From an uncultured Burkholderiales bacterium (GTDB lineage Bacteria > Pseudomonadota > Gammaproteobacteria > Burkholderiales > CAZDFJ01): 64,000 bases of DNA. Shown here one piece after another: positions 31,210 through 43,542 of the stretch (position 1 is the first letter of the stretch; each line of letters begins with the position of its first letter). Made by a program: the position numbers and the translations under genes. A model generated the notes under the pieces. That model was not told the origin of the DNA, did not search any database, and saw nothing but the letters and a program-made list of their open reading frames with translations. The DNA lies in the NCBI GenBank assembly GCA_964504875.1, contig CAZDFJ010000005.1, positions 23,225 to 87,224 of the forward strand, in the 5' to 3' direction.

Positions 31210-33579
31210 TTAGGTTGGGGCAGATTCCTGATCGCTTTCAAGATCTGTCACACTGATTTTGTAGCCACATTCCTTATTGGGACAAACTTTTTGCAATCCC
31301 CACCGTTTTGTGTGTTTAAGCATCAAAATTGGCGACCCGCATTCTGGACAAGGCTCAGGAATAGGGCGATGCGGTAAAGCGTAATTACATTGAGGATAAT
31401 TACTACACGAGTAAAATATTGATCCAAAACGATTTTTTCGTTCAATCATAGATCCTTTTCCGCAAGCGGGGCAAGTCACACCCGTATCTTTTGGTTTTTC
31501 TAATGGTTCAATGAAATTACATTTTGGATAGTTTGTGCAACCAATAAAGCTGCCATATTTCCCTTTTTTGATTTGTAAAGCACTTTCACATTTTGGACAA
31601 GTACGATCAGGGATAATTTCCCCTGCTTGGGCTTGACTGGCGTCTGCTTTTTCGGGGTTTAAATCCCGAGTATAATCACATTCTGGGTAGTGGGAACAGC
31701 CCACAAAGTTGCCCCGTTTTCCCAAACGAATCACGAGCGGATTGCCACACTTTGGACAGGCTTCATCTAATTTTTCTTGCGTAATTTCTTCACGCGGCAA
31801 AGATTGTTTTTCTACTAAAAGCTGATGAAAATCATCCCAAAAATGAGCCAAAACAGGAACCCATTCTTGTTCATTATTTGCGATTAAATCAAGATCATCT
31901 TCAAGCTTCGCTGTGAAATCATAATCAACATAACGTGTAAAATGATTCGTTAAAAACCGATTCACGACCCGCCCGACATCTGTTGCAATAAAGCGTTTTT
32001 CCGACTCTTCGACATAAGCCCGCGCTAATAGCGTGGAGATAATCGTGGCGTAAGTTGACGGCCGCCCAATACCATATTCTTCTAATGCTTTGACTAATGT
32101 CGCCCGATTAAAGCGTGGGGGCGGCATAGTAAAATGCTGTTTACCAAAGAGACGATCCACTGGCAAAACCTGTCCCACTTCAAGCGCAGGCAAAAAGACT
32201 GCATCGCTTTGTTCTGCTTGGGTCGGATCATCAAAACTTTCTTCGTAAACACTCAGAAAGCCCGAAAAAAGTACCACTTGTCCATTTGCCCGAAAAATGC
32301 CACATGTTTCTGTAGGGGTGGCCGGATCAATCACTGCAATGTCAACGCCTGTCAAACTAAACTCAGCACTCGCTAGTTGACACGCTAAAGTCCGTTTCCA
32401 AATCATATCGTATAATTTGTACTGTTCTGCTGTCAGAAATTTTCTTAGACTTTGTGGCGTTCTAAAAATAGAGGTCGGACGAATGGCTTCATGCGCCTCT
32501 TGAGCGTTTTTCGACTTGTTTTTATACACATTCGGATTTTTAGGCAAGAAATTTGGCTCAAAATGCTGTGAAATATAATTTCGAATTTCCTCAACAGCCT
32601 CTTGTGCCAGATTCACCGCATCTGTTCGCATATAGGTAATCAGCCCGGTTACCCCTGTATCAATTTCGACGCCTTCATACAGTTGTTGTGCAATCCGCAT
32701 GACTTTATCGTTGTGCATATTCAGTTTGCGAACGGCTTCTTGTTGCAAGGTAGAAGTCGTAAAGGGAGCTGTGGGATTTCGTTTTTTATTTTTCCGTTCT
32801 ATCTTTTGAACAACAACATTTCCCTGGCTTTTCTCTATTAATTTTGTCACAATTTCAGCTTGTTCTGACTCTGAATGAATACTTAATTCTTTCAGTTTTT
32901 TACCCTGATATTGTGATAAAGTGGCGTCAATCCGTTGCGCTTGTGTTTTGCCGCGTGGTTTTGTTTGATCAACATGACTTTCCAAATGAATCGACCAGTA
33001 TTCTTGAGACTGGAAAGCTTGTATTTCAATTTCCCGTTCTACAATTAAGCGCAAGGCAGGGCTTTGTACCCGCCCAGCAGAAAGTCCACGCCGGATTTTT
33101 TTCCACAGTAATGGCGACAGATTAAATCCGACTAAATAGTCCAGTGCGCGACGGGCTTGTTGTGCATTCACAAGCGACATGGACAAATGACGGGGGTTTT
33201 CTAGTGCCTGTGTCACTGCTGTTTGTGTAATTTCATGAAAAACAACACGTTGCACAGATTTGCCTTGCAGAAGATTTTCCGTCTTTAAAATTTCTGTCAA
33301 ATGCCACGCAATCGCTTCTCCTTCACGATCCGGATCGGTCGCCAGAAGAATTTCATCTGCATTTTTGACTGCTTCAATAATTGCTTCAACGTGCTTGACA
33401 TTTTTTTCAATCAGTTGATATTTCATTGCAAATTGATGTGCGGGATCAACAGCCCCCTGCTTGGGCACTAGATCGCGGATATGTCCATACGAAGCAAGAA
33501 CTTCAATATCCCGTCCACTTAAATATTTTTTCAGCGTTTTGACTTTCGCTGGGGATTCAACAATCAAGACACTTGACAT
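31210..33579 (-). CDS. topA: DNA topoisomerase I
   Basis: TOPRIM N-terminus (IVESPAKVKT, DPDREGEAI), active-site region and four C-terminal C4 zinc ribbons. Confidence 0.95.
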   Translation of the reverse strand: MSSVLIVESPAKVKTLKKYLSGRDIEVLASYGHIRDLVPKQGAVDPAHQFAMKYQLIEKNVKHVEAIIEAVKNADEILLATDPDREGEAIAWHLTEILKTENLLQGKSVQRVVFHEITQTAVTQALENPRHLSMSLVNAQQARRALDYLVGFNLSPLLWKKIRRGLSAGRVQSPALRLIVEREIEIQAFQSQEYWSIHLESHVDQTKPRGKTQAQRIDATLSQYQGKKLKELSIHSESEQAEIVTKLIEKSQGNVVVQKIERKNKKRNPTAPFTTSTLQQEAVRKLNMHNDKVMRIAQQLYEGVEIDTGVTGLITYMRTDAVNLAQEAVEEIRNYISQHFEPNFLPKNPNVYKNKSKNAQEAHEAIRPTSIFRTPQSLRKFLTAEQYKLYDMIWKRTLACQLASAEFSLTGVDIAVIDPATPTETCGIFRANGQVVLFSGFLSVYEESFDDPTQAEQSDAVFLPALEVGQVLPVDRLFGKQHFTMPPPRFNRATLVKALEEYGIGRPSTYATIISTLLARAYVEESEKRFIATDVGRVVNRFLTNHFTRYVDYDFTAKLEDDLDLIANNEQEWVPVLAHFWDDFHQLLVEKQSLPREEITQEKLDEACPKCGNPLVIRLGKRGNFVGCSHYPECDYTRDLNPEKADASQAQAGEIIPDRTCPKCESALQIKKGKYGSFIGCTNYPKCNFIEPLEKPKDTGVTCPACGKGSMIERKNRFGSIFYSCSNYPQCNYALPHRPIPEPCPECGSPILMLKHTKRWGLQKVCPNKECGYKISVTDLESDQESAPT

Positions 33580-33610
33580 AAAATGAGCTACACAACAAAG
33601 ATAAGTTATT

Positions 33611-34891
33611 TTATAAAATTTTATAGAAACCAGCTGCTGACTGAATTTTTCCGTCCAATTCCAACCCTAACAAATGACTAGAAAGTACTGAAACAGTCAG
33701 CCCCGTTTCTTCACATAAACGATCCAAATCAAGCTGTTTAAAACGCTTCAAGACATGGAGTACAGGGTCCTTCACAATTGTCGATTCGGCAAGCGATGAC
33801 TGATTTTCTTGCGCGGATCCAAACAATTGAAGTGATATTGCGTTATTAATATCTTGAATTTTTGTCTGACTGTCAATAGTTCGTTTGCTTTTCTGTATCT
33901 TTTGCTGTTGTAGCTTTGCATCATTTTTTGAAAAATCAGACAAATTCGTTAAAAAAGAATGGGATAAATTCAACTCATTTAAGACATCCTCTGGATGCAT
34001 CACCAGTTTCGCCCCCATTTGGATTAATTGATGACAACCTGTTGATAAATCAGAATAAATTGAACCCGGGACAGCAAAAACATCTCGGTTTTGATCGACA
34101 GCATGATGAGCAGTTGATAAGGATCCACTTTTTATTTTGGCTTCAATCACTAAGACCCCGATACTCAGTCCACTAATCAAGCGATTCCGACGTGAAAAGT
34201 TACGTTCTATTGGAAAATTCACCCCAATAGGAATTTCAGAAATTAAGAGTCCCGTTTTCGCGAGGGTTACCGCCAGGGTCTTATTTTGCGCCGGATAGAT
34301 TTTATCTAAACTAGTGGGTAAAACAGCAATACTTTGGCCGTAACCGCATAATCCACCTTGATGCGCGGCCGTATCAATGCCTAATGCTAACCCGCTGACA
34401 ATACTTAAGCCTTGCTCACTCAAATGTTGGGCAAAACTATAGGCGGATTGCCGCCCTTCTTGCGTGCATTGACGGCTTCCAACGACTGCTAAACATGGAT
34501 TTTCTAAAAGAGAAAGTTGTCCAACAGTGTAGAGTAAAACAGGTGGATCAGCCAGTTCCTGCAATAAGGAGGGATAAGTTGCGGCTGTAAAATAGGCGGC
34601 GCGAGGTGGGAAAAGTAAAGTTCGTTGAGGGGCAGCGGCCGCCCAGTTAAGTTGTTTTTCAATCTGCGCATACGGTAGGTCAGCTTTGATTTTTTTAGCA
34701 ATTGCCGCGGGAATAATTTGACACAAGTCATGATATGACGCAGAAAAAACATGCGTAGCAGAACCAAACGCATCAATTAAACGAAAGAACCGAATAGATC
34801 CCACACCTTCTGTCAGCGCGAGTCCGATCCAATGATATAATTCTGTTTTTTTTGCCTGATCCGAAAGGGAAGGGGTGTCATTTTTTGGCAT
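33611..34891 (-). CDS. dprA: DNA-processing protein DprA (Smf)
   Basis: VVGSR.C...G...A......GL.IVSGLALGID.AAH and RNRLISGLS motifs; classic dprA/def divergent arrangement and topA adjacency. ATG 34891 is preferred to the TTG at 34936. Confidence 0.85.
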   Translation of the reverse strand: MPKNDTPSLSDQAKKTELYHWIGLALTEGVGSIRFFRLIDAFGSATHVFSASYHDLCQIIPAAIAKKIKADLPYAQIEKQLNWAAAAPQRTLLFPPRAAYFTAATYPSLLQELADPPVLLYTVGQLSLLENPCLAVVGSRQCTQEGRQSAYSFAQHLSEQGLSIVSGLALGIDTAAHQGGLCGYGQSIAVLPTSLDKIYPAQNKTLAVTLAKTGLLISEIPIGVNFPIERNFSRRNRLISGLSIGVLVIEAKIKSGSLSTAHHAVDQNRDVFAVPGSIYSDLSTGCHQLIQMGAKLVMHPEDVLNELNLSHSFLTNLSDFSKNDAKLQQQKIQKSKRTIDSQTKIQDINNAISLQLFGSAQENQSSLAESTIVKDPVLHVLKRFKQLDLDRLCEETGLTVSVLSSHLLGLELDGKIQSAAGFYKIL

Positions 34892-34942
34892 TTGTTTACC
34901 TAAAGGAAATATTCGGTATTTTTTGAGAGGAATCAATCTATT

Positions 34943-35476
34943 ATGGCTATTTTAGAAATATTAAGTTATCCAGATGAGCGGTTACGTCGTGTGGCCAAAC
35001 CTATTCAGAAATTTGATGAGTCATTACAAAAACAAATTGATGACATGGCTGAAACAATGTATGCTGCTCCCGGTATTGGCTTAGCAGCAACACAAGTGAA
35101 CTATCATTACCAACTTATTGTAATTGATATTTCAGAAAAACAAAACGAATTATTAGTCCTAATTAATCCAAAAGTCACAAAATCGTTCGGATCACAAGTC
35201 CGAGAAGAAGGGTGTCTTTCTGTTCCGGGCATCTATGAAGAAGTCGTCCGTTATGAGCAAATTCATGTTGAAGCATTAGACCGAACAGGAAAACCTTTTT
35301 CTTTTGATGCAACTGAATTACTTGCCGTCTGTGTTCAACATGAAATGGATCATCTCAACGGCAAAGTTTTTGTTGATTATTTATCTCGCTTAAAACAAAA
35401 TCGGATTAAACAAAAACTAAAAAAACATCCGCCCCGTTCTAATGTGGGACGTCACAATGAACGTCCACCAAAATAA
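34943..35476 (+). CDS. def: peptide deformylase
   Basis: [17 protein letters not shown] and HEMDHLNG motifs. Confidence 0.95.
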   Translation: MAILEILSYPDERLRRVAKPIQKFDESLQKQIDDMAETMYAAPGIGLAATQVNYHYQLIVIDISEKQNELLVLINPKVTKSFGSQVREEGCLSVPGIYEEVVRYEQIHVEALDRTGKPFSFDATELLAVCVQHEMDHLNGKVFVDYLSRLKQNRIKQKLKKHPPRSNVGRHNERPPK

Positions 35477-35680
35477 ATTTCATGAAATTTTTTCGAAAAA
35501 CATGCAACTAAATAATTAGTTTACAAACTAATTGTGAAAATAATGTATACGAATTGTCTATGTGAAGCGTTATAGAAAAAAACGATAAATCAATTTCTCA
35601 AAAAACTTGACGTATATTAATTTGATTAGAGCATGGGCTCGTGTTTTTATGAATCAATTTATTTAAAATTAGGAAAAATT

Positions 35681-36241
35681 ATGTTGAATCAAGTGAAAAA
35701 AACAGTGTTGATGGCTTTGGGCGTTGTTGCTTTGACAGCAAGTAGTATGACTTTTGCGGCAGAACCTGTTGCACCAACACCAGGGTCGCCTAATCCTAAT
35801 ATGCGCGGTGGCATGCCTGGTTATGGTGGAATGTTTGGTTATGTTGAATCCATGCATAAAGAATTGAAACTTTCTGCAGATCAAGAAAAAGCTTGGCAAG
35901 AAGCTTCCCAAAAAACCCGTGACTATATGAACAAAACGCATCAAGAACATTGGGCAGATATGCAAGCTGTCCGCGATGAATTTAAAAAAGAGACGCCTGA
36001 TATTAATGCCTTGGCCAAAAAACATGATGCAATGCAAGATGCGCATTTAAAAGCTTACCGTGACATTCGTGACCAATGGTTGCATGTGTACAATAACTTA
36101 AATGCAGACCAAAAGCAAAAATTAAATGGTCATATGAAGAAATTCTTTGAACGGATGGACCAACACGGTAACCGCCATGCAGGTGGAAATCGTAGCGGGA
36201 TGCGTCCAGGTATGCCTGCTGCGGCTCCTACACAAAAATAA
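35681..36241 (+). CDS. periplasmic Spy/CpxP-like (LTXXQ-type) protein with Gly/Met-rich tails
   Basis: Signal peptide MLNQVKKTVLMALGVVALTASSMTFAAEP; LKLSADQEKAW and LNADQKQKL repeats. SD AGGAAAAATTATG supports the internal start. Confidence 0.55.
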   Translation: MLNQVKKTVLMALGVVALTASSMTFAAEPVAPTPGSPNPNMRGGMPGYGGMFGYVESMHKELKLSADQEKAWQEASQKTRDYMNKTHQEHWADMQAVRDEFKKETPDINALAKKHDAMQDAHLKAYRDIRDQWLHVYNNLNADQKQKLNGHMKKFFERMDQHGNRHAGGNRSGMRPGMPAAAPTQK

Positions 36242-36274
36242 TTTTTCTTTGAAAGCATTATTTTTATCTTTCGA

Positions 36275-36303
36275 AAAGAGCGTGAAATTCACGCTCTTTT
36301 TTT
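36275..36303 (+). terminator. rho-independent terminator
   Basis: aagagcgtg-aaatt-cacgctctt followed by a T-run. Confidence 0.8.
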
Positions 36304-36657
36304 ATGTGAATTATGAATATTTTTATTCATTTCACAAAAACATGTTAATATTTTAGGCTTTTTATATCAAAAATAAAGCGAGCACGATTCGCATTATTAT
36401 AACTAATCCAAACAAAAAAAGTTTTTTCAAAAAAAGCTTTTTTTAATTTGTTCATTAAAACTATCTTTTTCTTCTCAACATATTGAAAATTCGCGTTTTT
36501 CCGTAAAAAGCAGATTCAAAAACGAGACTTGTCTCTAAATATAAAGCGCGCTAGAATAATGTCATTTTTACGTGATTAAATTCATTTTTACATCTTTTTT
36601 GGTTATAAAATTAAAAAAGAAGCGAGAAAAAAGATTATATTGACAAATATGAAATAA

Positions 36658-37731
<1,074 letters not shown>

Positions 37732-37873
37732 CAATGGATGCTTTTTTTTTATAAAATAAAAAAAATACTACTGAGAAAGCGTTTATTTTATTTTTCAAAT
37801 GCGATAAGGAGAGGGGCAGGATGGCACAATAAAAAAACATATTGTGTCTTCATTAATTACCCAACAGCAAATT

Positions 37874-39445
37874 ATGAATCATCAAAAAATATTGATTTTA
37901 GATTTTGGCTCGCAATATACGCAATTAATTGCGCGCCGCGTCCGAGCGATGCAAGTATATTGTGAATTACATCCTTATGATGTTTCCATGGATTTTGTCC
38001 GAGCGTTTAATCCGAAGGGAATTATTTTGTCAGGGGGCCCTGCTTCTGTCACAGTCAATGATCCGGAAACGCCTCGTGCTCCCCAAGAAATTTTTGAATT
38101 AGGCGTGCCTATTTTAGGCATTTGCTATGGTATGCAAACTTTAGCGGCCCAATTAGGGGGGCGCGTTGAACATGGCAAAACGCGAGAATTTGGTTATGCC
38201 GAAGTGGAAATCCTGAAAGAAAATCCTTTATTTCGCGGTTTGCAAGATCACGAAAATCATCATGGTCGTTCTGCGTTAGAAGTGTGGATGAGTCATGGCG
38301 ACCAAGTCTCAACGTTACCGGATGGTTTTGAGTCTATTGGGGGCAATTTTCACACTCCTATTGCAGCGATGGCCGATGAAGTCAGACGTTTTTATGGTGT
38401 ACAATTTCATCCAGAAGTGACACATACCCGTCAAGGGGAAGCCATGTTGCGGCGGTTTGTCTTTGATATTTGTCGCATTTTACCTGATTGGCGTATGCCT
38501 GATTTTGTTGATGAAGCGGTCGAACGGATTCGTCAACAAATTGGCCAAGATGAAGTCATTCTCGGCCTATCTGGGGGGGTGGATTCTTCCGTCGCCGCGG
38601 CATTAATTCACAAGGCTATTGGCGATCAATTGACATGTATTTTTGTCGATAATGGTTTATTGCGCTTGCATGAAGCAGAACAAGTGATGTCTACTTTTGC
38701 CCAAAACTTAGGGGTGAAAGTGATTCATATTGATGCGAGTGAACAATTTTTGACCGCGCTCGCAGGCGAGACGGATCCAGAGAAAAAACGTAAAATTATT
38801 GGGTCAGAATTTGTCAATGTTTTTCAAGCTGAAGCCCAAAATTTACCTCAGGCAAAATGGCTTGCACAAGGAACCATTTATCCAGATGTGATTGAATCCG
38901 CAGGGTCCAAAACTAAAAAAGCGCACGTTATTAAATCCCATCATAATGTCGGCGGGCTCCCTGAAACGTTACATTTAAAATTACTAGAACCTTTACGTGA
39001 GCTTTTCAAAGACGAAGTTCGGGAATTGGGTTTGGTCTTAGGCTTACCTCGCGATATGATTTATCGCCATCCCTTCCCAGGTCCTGGTTTGGGGGTTCGT
39101 GTCTTGGGAGAAATTAAACGCGATTATTTGGATTTATTGCGTCGTGCGGATGCAATTTTTATTGAGGAATTACACAAAGCCCATTGGTATGATCGTGTTT
39201 CTCAAGCCTTTACTGTCTTTTTGCCAGTCAAATCCGTTGGCGTCATGGGAGATGGCCGGACATATGAATATGTTGTAGCTTTACGCGCCGTAGAAACCAC
39301 TGATTTTATGACAGCTACATGGGCAGAATTACCTCATACGTTATTAGCGCGTATTTCTAATCGTATTATTAATGAAGTGCGCGGTATTAATCGCGTTGTT
39401 TATGATATTTCTGGTAAGCCACCTGCAACCATTGAGTGGGAATAA
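37874..39445 (+). CDS. guaA: GMP synthase (glutamine-hydrolysing)
   Basis: GATase N-terminus [19 protein letters not shown]-loop SGGVDSS and the conserved C-terminus PPATIEWE. Start ambiguous (ATG 37874 or GTG 37844). Confidence 0.95.
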   Translation: MNHQKILILDFGSQYTQLIARRVRAMQVYCELHPYDVSMDFVRAFNPKGIILSGGPASVTVNDPETPRAPQEIFELGVPILGICYGMQTLAAQLGGRVEHGKTREFGYAEVEILKENPLFRGLQDHENHHGRSALEVWMSHGDQVSTLPDGFESIGGNFHTPIAAMADEVRRFYGVQFHPEVTHTRQGEAMLRRFVFDICRILPDWRMPDFVDEAVERIRQQIGQDEVILGLSGGVDSSVAAALIHKAIGDQLTCIFVDNGLLRLHEAEQVMSTFAQNLGVKVIHIDASEQFLTALAGETDPEKKRKIIGSEFVNVFQAEAQNLPQAKWLAQGTIYPDVIESAGSKTKKAHVIKSHHNVGGLPETLHLKLLEPLRELFKDEVRELGLVLGLPRDMIYRHPFPGPGLGVRVLGEIKRDYLDLLRRADAIFIEELHKAHWYDRVSQAFTVFLPVKSVGVMGDGRTYEYVVALRAVETTDFMTATWAELPHTLLARISNRIINEVRGINRVVYDISGKPPATIEWE

Positions 39446-39452
39446 TTTTTTT

Positions 39453-39953
39453 ATGAGCGCACCTTTTACAGCACAAGATGAACAATTTATGCGCTATGCG
39501 CTCACGCTTGCCCAAAAAGCCGCCGATCAGGGAGAGGTTCCTGTCGGTGCAATTGTTGTCTGTCAGAATGAAATTATTGCTGAGGGGTTTAATACCCCTA
39601 TTTCTAAAAATGACCCGAGCGCGCATGCGGAAATGGTCGCTTTGCGTGCGGCGGGGCAAATTCGTCAAAATTATCGCTTGATGGATTGTCGTTTGTATGT
39701 CACGCTCGAACCCTGCATGATGTGTATTGGGGCGATTTTACACGCTCGTTTAGATCAAGTCATTTTTGGGGCGTTTGATCCAAAAACAGGGGCAGCAGGC
39801 AGTGTCATTAATCTTTTTGAAGAATCCCGATTAAATCATCATACAAAATGCGTAGGGGGATTACTAGAATCCGAATGTAGTTTGATTTTGAAAACTTTTT
39901 TTCAAGATCGACGGCGTTTGCAAAAAGAAAAAAAAGCCCAGCAACGCGAATAG
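39453..39953 (+). CDS. tadA: tRNA adenosine(34) deaminase
   Basis: HAEMVALR and PCMMCIGA zinc motifs. Start moved to ATG 39453, just after the guaA stop. Confidence 0.9.
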   Translation: MSAPFTAQDEQFMRYALTLAQKAADQGEVPVGAIVVCQNEIIAEGFNTPISKNDPSAHAEMVALRAAGQIRQNYRLMDCRLYVTLEPCMMCIGAILHARLDQVIFGAFDPKTGAAGSVINLFEESRLNHHTKCVGGLLESECSLILKTFFQDRRRLQKEKKAQQRE

Positions 39954-40037
39954 CCTGAAAAACTATTTAAGCATTAATTTTATCTCTACGGCTGACCTAT
40001 TATTGTTTGGTTCATTTTTCATTCACACAGTGGTTTT

Positions 40038-40997
40038 ATGTTTATTTCACATGGTATTTCTTATTCGCAACGCCCAACGGCACTGACATTAGGCAACTTT
40101 GATGGTGTTCACCTTGGCCATCAGGCCATGCTTAAACGGCTCGTTAATCATGCTAATGCATTAAATATTCCTAGTGTTGTGATGACTTTTGAACCGCACC
40201 CAAAAGAATTTTTTCTCAAAGAGAAGGCGCCTTATCGTCTGACAAGTTTGCGTGAAAAAGTGGAACTCCTCTACGATATGGGCGTCAATCAGGTACATGT
40301 TTGTCGCTTTGATCAACATTTTGCGCAAATTACGGCGGAAGATTTTGTTGAACATTATTTGGTTCGCCAATTGAATGCGCGTTGGATTTTGATTGGGGAT
40401 GATTTCAAATTTGGGGCAAAAAGAGGCGGCGATTATCTTTTATTGCAAGAGTTGAGTCGCGAATATCGTTTTTCTGTTGAGGCAATGCATAGTGTTTGTC
40501 AGCAGGAAACTAGAATATCGAGTACCGTTGTTCGCGAGGCATTATTACATTGTGATTTTGAACGCGTTGCGCGTTACTTGGGAAGGCCTTATAGTATCAG
40601 TGGGCGGGTTATGCATGGACAAAAATTAGGCAGGCAATTAGGGTTTCCGACAGCGAATGTTCATTTACAACATAATAAATTATTATTTCAAGGGGTCTTT
40701 TGTGTCACATTTGAAGTTGAAAATCATGTTTATACGGGCGTTGCCAATTTAGGCTATCGGCCAACTGTGACAGATAATTTATTAAAACCGCATCTCGAAG
40801 TCCATCTCTTTGATTTTAACCAAGATATTTACGGTAAACATGCCCGGGTGTACTTTTTACATCAGTTACGTGCTGAACAAAAATTTGCCTCTTTGGAGGC
40901 GCTCACATACCAGATTCAAAAAGATACAGACGCCGCCCGCGCCTATTTTTCCGCATTAAATATAATACGATCGCCATCTCTTTGCATAGAAGAATAA
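40038..40997 (+). CDS. ribF: bifunctional riboflavin kinase / FMN adenylyltransferase
   Basis: LTLGNFDGVHLGHQAM N-terminus and GFPTAN kinase motif. Confidence 0.93.
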   Translation: MFISHGISYSQRPTALTLGNFDGVHLGHQAMLKRLVNHANALNIPSVVMTFEPHPKEFFLKEKAPYRLTSLREKVELLYDMGVNQVHVCRFDQHFAQITAEDFVEHYLVRQLNARWILIGDDFKFGAKRGGDYLLLQELSREYRFSVEAMHSVCQQETRISSTVVREALLHCDFERVARYLGRPYSISGRVMHGQKLGRQLGFPTANVHLQHNKLLFQGVFCVTFEVENHVYTGVANLGYRPTVTDNLLKPHLEVHLFDFNQDIYGKHARVYFLHQLRAEQKFASLEALTYQIQKDTDAARAYFSALNIIRSPSLCIEE

Positions 40998-41001
40998 TAT
41001 T

Positions 41002-41202
41002 ATGACGCCGACACTGATAATTTTACTAGGTTTTACAATTTTTTTCTTAGTCATTATGATTTTTGGGATTTTTTGGGCGATTAAACATAATCAATTTGAA
41101 GATATGGAAGGCCCTGCGCAACGGATTCTCATGGATGACAGCGATCCAATGATCCCCAAAAAACCTGAAGAATCAAAAGAAGTCATTCCCAGCAAAAAAT
41201 AA
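41002..41202 (+). CDS. ccoS: cbb3-type cytochrome oxidase maturation protein CcoS/FixS
   Basis: 66 aa, single TM, then WAIKHNQFEDMEGPAQRILMDD, which matches the CcoS signature (W..ksGQFdD.egpa..iL.DD) as I recall it. Confidence 0.75.
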   Translation: MTPTLIILLGFTIFFLVIMIFGIFWAIKHNQFEDMEGPAQRILMDDSDPMIPKKPEESKEVIPSKK

Positions 41203-41203
41203 A

Positions 41204-41222
41204 GCCCTCTTATACAGAGGGC
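41204..41222. terminator. short GC hairpin between convergent ccoS and hslU
   Basis: gccctct-tatac-agagggc. The only U-run is on the minus-strand reading, where it overlaps the ccoS 3' end. Confidence 0.4.
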
Positions 41223-41250
41223 TCACCAGCAACACCAGAAAAATTTTATT

Positions 41251-42666
41251 TTAGAGAACGTAACGGGCTAAATCTTCGCTCGCTGCAATATCTTGTAAAG
41301 ATTGGTCAACATAGGCTTTATCAATAATCAACTCAATCACTGCCTCTGGCTCGCCCCCATTGAAAGAGACTTCTTCTAGTAATTTTTCCATGACTGTATA
41401 CAGACGCCGTGCCCCGATATTTTCCATTTTTTCATTAACTTGATGAGAAATCTCAGCAAGACGCGTGATGCCTTCTTCCATAAAACGGACATGAATTTGG
41501 TCTGTTGCCAACAAAGCTTCATATTGACGGGTCAGACATGAATCAGTATTGGTCAAAATCTGTTTGAAATCTTCGACGCTGAGAGAATCTAACTCCACAC
41601 GAATAGGAAAACGTCCTTGCAACTCTGGAATTAAATCAGACGGTTTTGCTAAATGAAATGCACCACTCGCAATGAATAAAATATGATCCGTTTTGATCAT
41701 GCCGTATTTAGTTGAAACGGTCGTCCCTTCCACAAGCGGTAATAAATCACGTTGTACACCTTGACGAGAAACTTCCCCACTATTTGTTTCGTTTCTACTA
41801 GTAATTTTATCAATTTCATCTAAAAAAACAATACCATTTTGTTCAACGCTTTGTACTGCTTTTGTTTTTAAATCTTCATCATTGACGAGTTTTAAACTTT
41901 CTTCTTCAATGATGGTTTTCATGGCATCTTTGATTTTAAGCTTCCGTGCTTTTTTCCGATTGTTCCCCATATTTTGGAACATTCCTTGGATTTGAGAAGT
42001 TAAATCTTCCATTCCAGGGGGCGCAAAAATTTCCATATGAGGGCCATTTGTCGCAACTTCAATCTCGATTTCTTTTTCATCAAGTTGCCCTTCCCGTAAC
42101 ATTTTACGGAATTTTTGGCGTGTCGGATTTTCCGAAGCATTGGCAGAGGGATTCGTGGCAATGGCTTGTTTTAATTGATTTTGTTCTTCAGAAGACAATC
42201 CGCTTGAAAAACCAAAATCTAAATTGGTATTTTCACGCGCACTGGGCAATAAAACATCTAAAATACGTTCTTCAGCAAGGTCTTGTGCCCGCTCTTTCAC
42301 TTTTTTTGTTTCTTGCTCACGAATTTGCTTAATTGCAGATTCAACTAAATCGCGAATAATTGAATCAACATCGCGTCCAACATAACCCACTTCGGTAAAT
42401 TTTGTAGCTTCCACTTTGATAAATGGCGCGTTGGCTAATTTCGCTAAACGACGGGCAATTTCAGTTTTACCCACCCCTGTTGGCCCAATCATTAGAATAT
42501 TTTTCGGGGTAATTTCTTGACGAAGGGGGGAAGGGACTTGCTGGCGACGCCACCGGTTGCGCAAAGCAATCGCAACGGCCCGTTTAGCCGCTTTTTGTCC
42601 CACAATGTGTTTATCTAATTCTTGCACAATTTGAGACGGTGTTAATTGTGAATTTGCGGAAGACAT
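41251..42666 (-). CDS. hslU: ATP-dependent protease ATPase subunit HslU
   Basis: Walker [16 protein letters not shown] and full-length HslU architecture. Confidence 0.96.
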   Translation of the reverse strand: MSSANSQLTPSQIVQELDKHIVGQKAAKRAVAIALRNRWRRQQVPSPLRQEITPKNILMIGPTGVGKTEIARRLAKLANAPFIKVEATKFTEVGYVGRDVDSIIRDLVESAIKQIREQETKKVKERAQDLAEERILDVLLPSARENTNLDFGFSSGLSSEEQNQLKQAIATNPSANASENPTRQKFRKMLREGQLDEKEIEIEVATNGPHMEIFAPPGMEDLTSQIQGMFQNMGNNRKKARKLKIKDAMKTIIEEESLKLVNDEDLKTKAVQSVEQNGIVFLDEIDKITSRNETNSGEVSRQGVQRDLLPLVEGTTVSTKYGMIKTDHILFIASGAFHLAKPSDLIPELQGRFPIRVELDSLSVEDFKQILTNTDSCLTRQYEALLATDQIHVRFMEEGITRLAEISHQVNEKMENIGARRLYTVMEKLLEEVSFNGGEPEAVIELIIDKAYVDQSLQDIAASEDLARYVL

Positions 42667-42720
42667 ACGGATCTTTCCTAAAAGAATAGAATTAAAATGA
42701 AATCAAACAGTTAAAATAAA

Positions 42721-43260
42721 TTAGGGCTTTAATACTTCAATAATGTGATTTTGATTTGTGTAAATACACAAATCTCCCGCAATAGTCAAACTTTTTTTCA
42801 CAATTTCTTCAGGATTCAGTTCTGTATTTTCCACAAGAGCCCGCGCAGAAGAATATGCATAAGATCCCCCACTCCCGATTGCCACAATACCATATTCAGG
42901 CTCTAAAATATCCCCATTTCCTGTGATAATTAAAGAATGATTTTTATCTGCAACAGCTAACATTGCTTCTAAACGCCGCAAAATACGATCCGTTCTCCAA
43001 TCTTTGGCTAACTCAACGGCCGCACGCATTAAGTGTCCTTGATGTTTTTCTAATTTGGCTTCAAAGCGCTCGAATAATGTAAATGCATCAGCAGTACTGC
43101 CTGCAAAACCAGCTAAAATTTTGTCATGATACAGACGTCTTACCTTGCGGGCTGTCGCCTTGACAACAATATTTCCTAATGTCACTTGCCCATCTCCACC
43201 CAGTGCTACATACTCGCCACGTCTCACTGAGAGAATCGTTGTACCGTGATATTGTTCCAT
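42721..43260 (-). CDS. hslV: ATP-dependent protease subunit HslV
   Basis: Catalytic N-terminal TTILSVRR, then GDGQVT; 179 aa. Confidence 0.96.
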   Translation of the reverse strand: MEQYHGTTILSVRRGEYVALGGDGQVTLGNIVVKATARKVRRLYHDKILAGFAGSTADAFTLFERFEAKLEKHQGHLMRAAVELAKDWRTDRILRRLEAMLAVADKNHSLIITGNGDILEPEYGIVAIGSGGSYAYSSARALVENTELNPEEIVKKSLTIAGDLCIYTNQNHIIEVLKP

Positions 43261-43542
43261 AAAATTTGCCTAAAAAAGTAAGTTTTTTTAATAAGAATCG
43301 ATAAACCCAAACTTGGGCAATGCATCAAAAAATAATTTTTACAATGCTATTGAATCTCTTTGCTAATCTGTTTTATTATTCTCGTTCTATCGATCAATGA
43401 TTAGCCTTCATTCAAAATACGTGATGAAATGCATGTATTGTACTCAAATAAGTACTACTTATGAAAAATCAATCATTTTACTTATATTTTTTGAAATTTG
43501 TTTGTTTAACTATTACATAATAGTCTTTTTTTGTTATAAATA

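Noticed and set aside
28754-36303. Whether AAAAGAGCGT is a DNA uptake sequence, given that dprA and a secretin are in the window.
   Set aside because: By eye, the core hexamer GAGCGT/ACGCTC occurs only about a dozen more times in the rest of the window. That is roughly what base composition predicts. True uptake sequences are heavily over-represented inside genes as well. The observation is kept only as a terminator-family finding.
37822-37840. Sigma-54 promoter candidates: TGGCAC at 37822, and TGGTAC at about 10190 and about 12598.
   Set aside because: None has a TTGC element at the required GG-N10-GC spacing.
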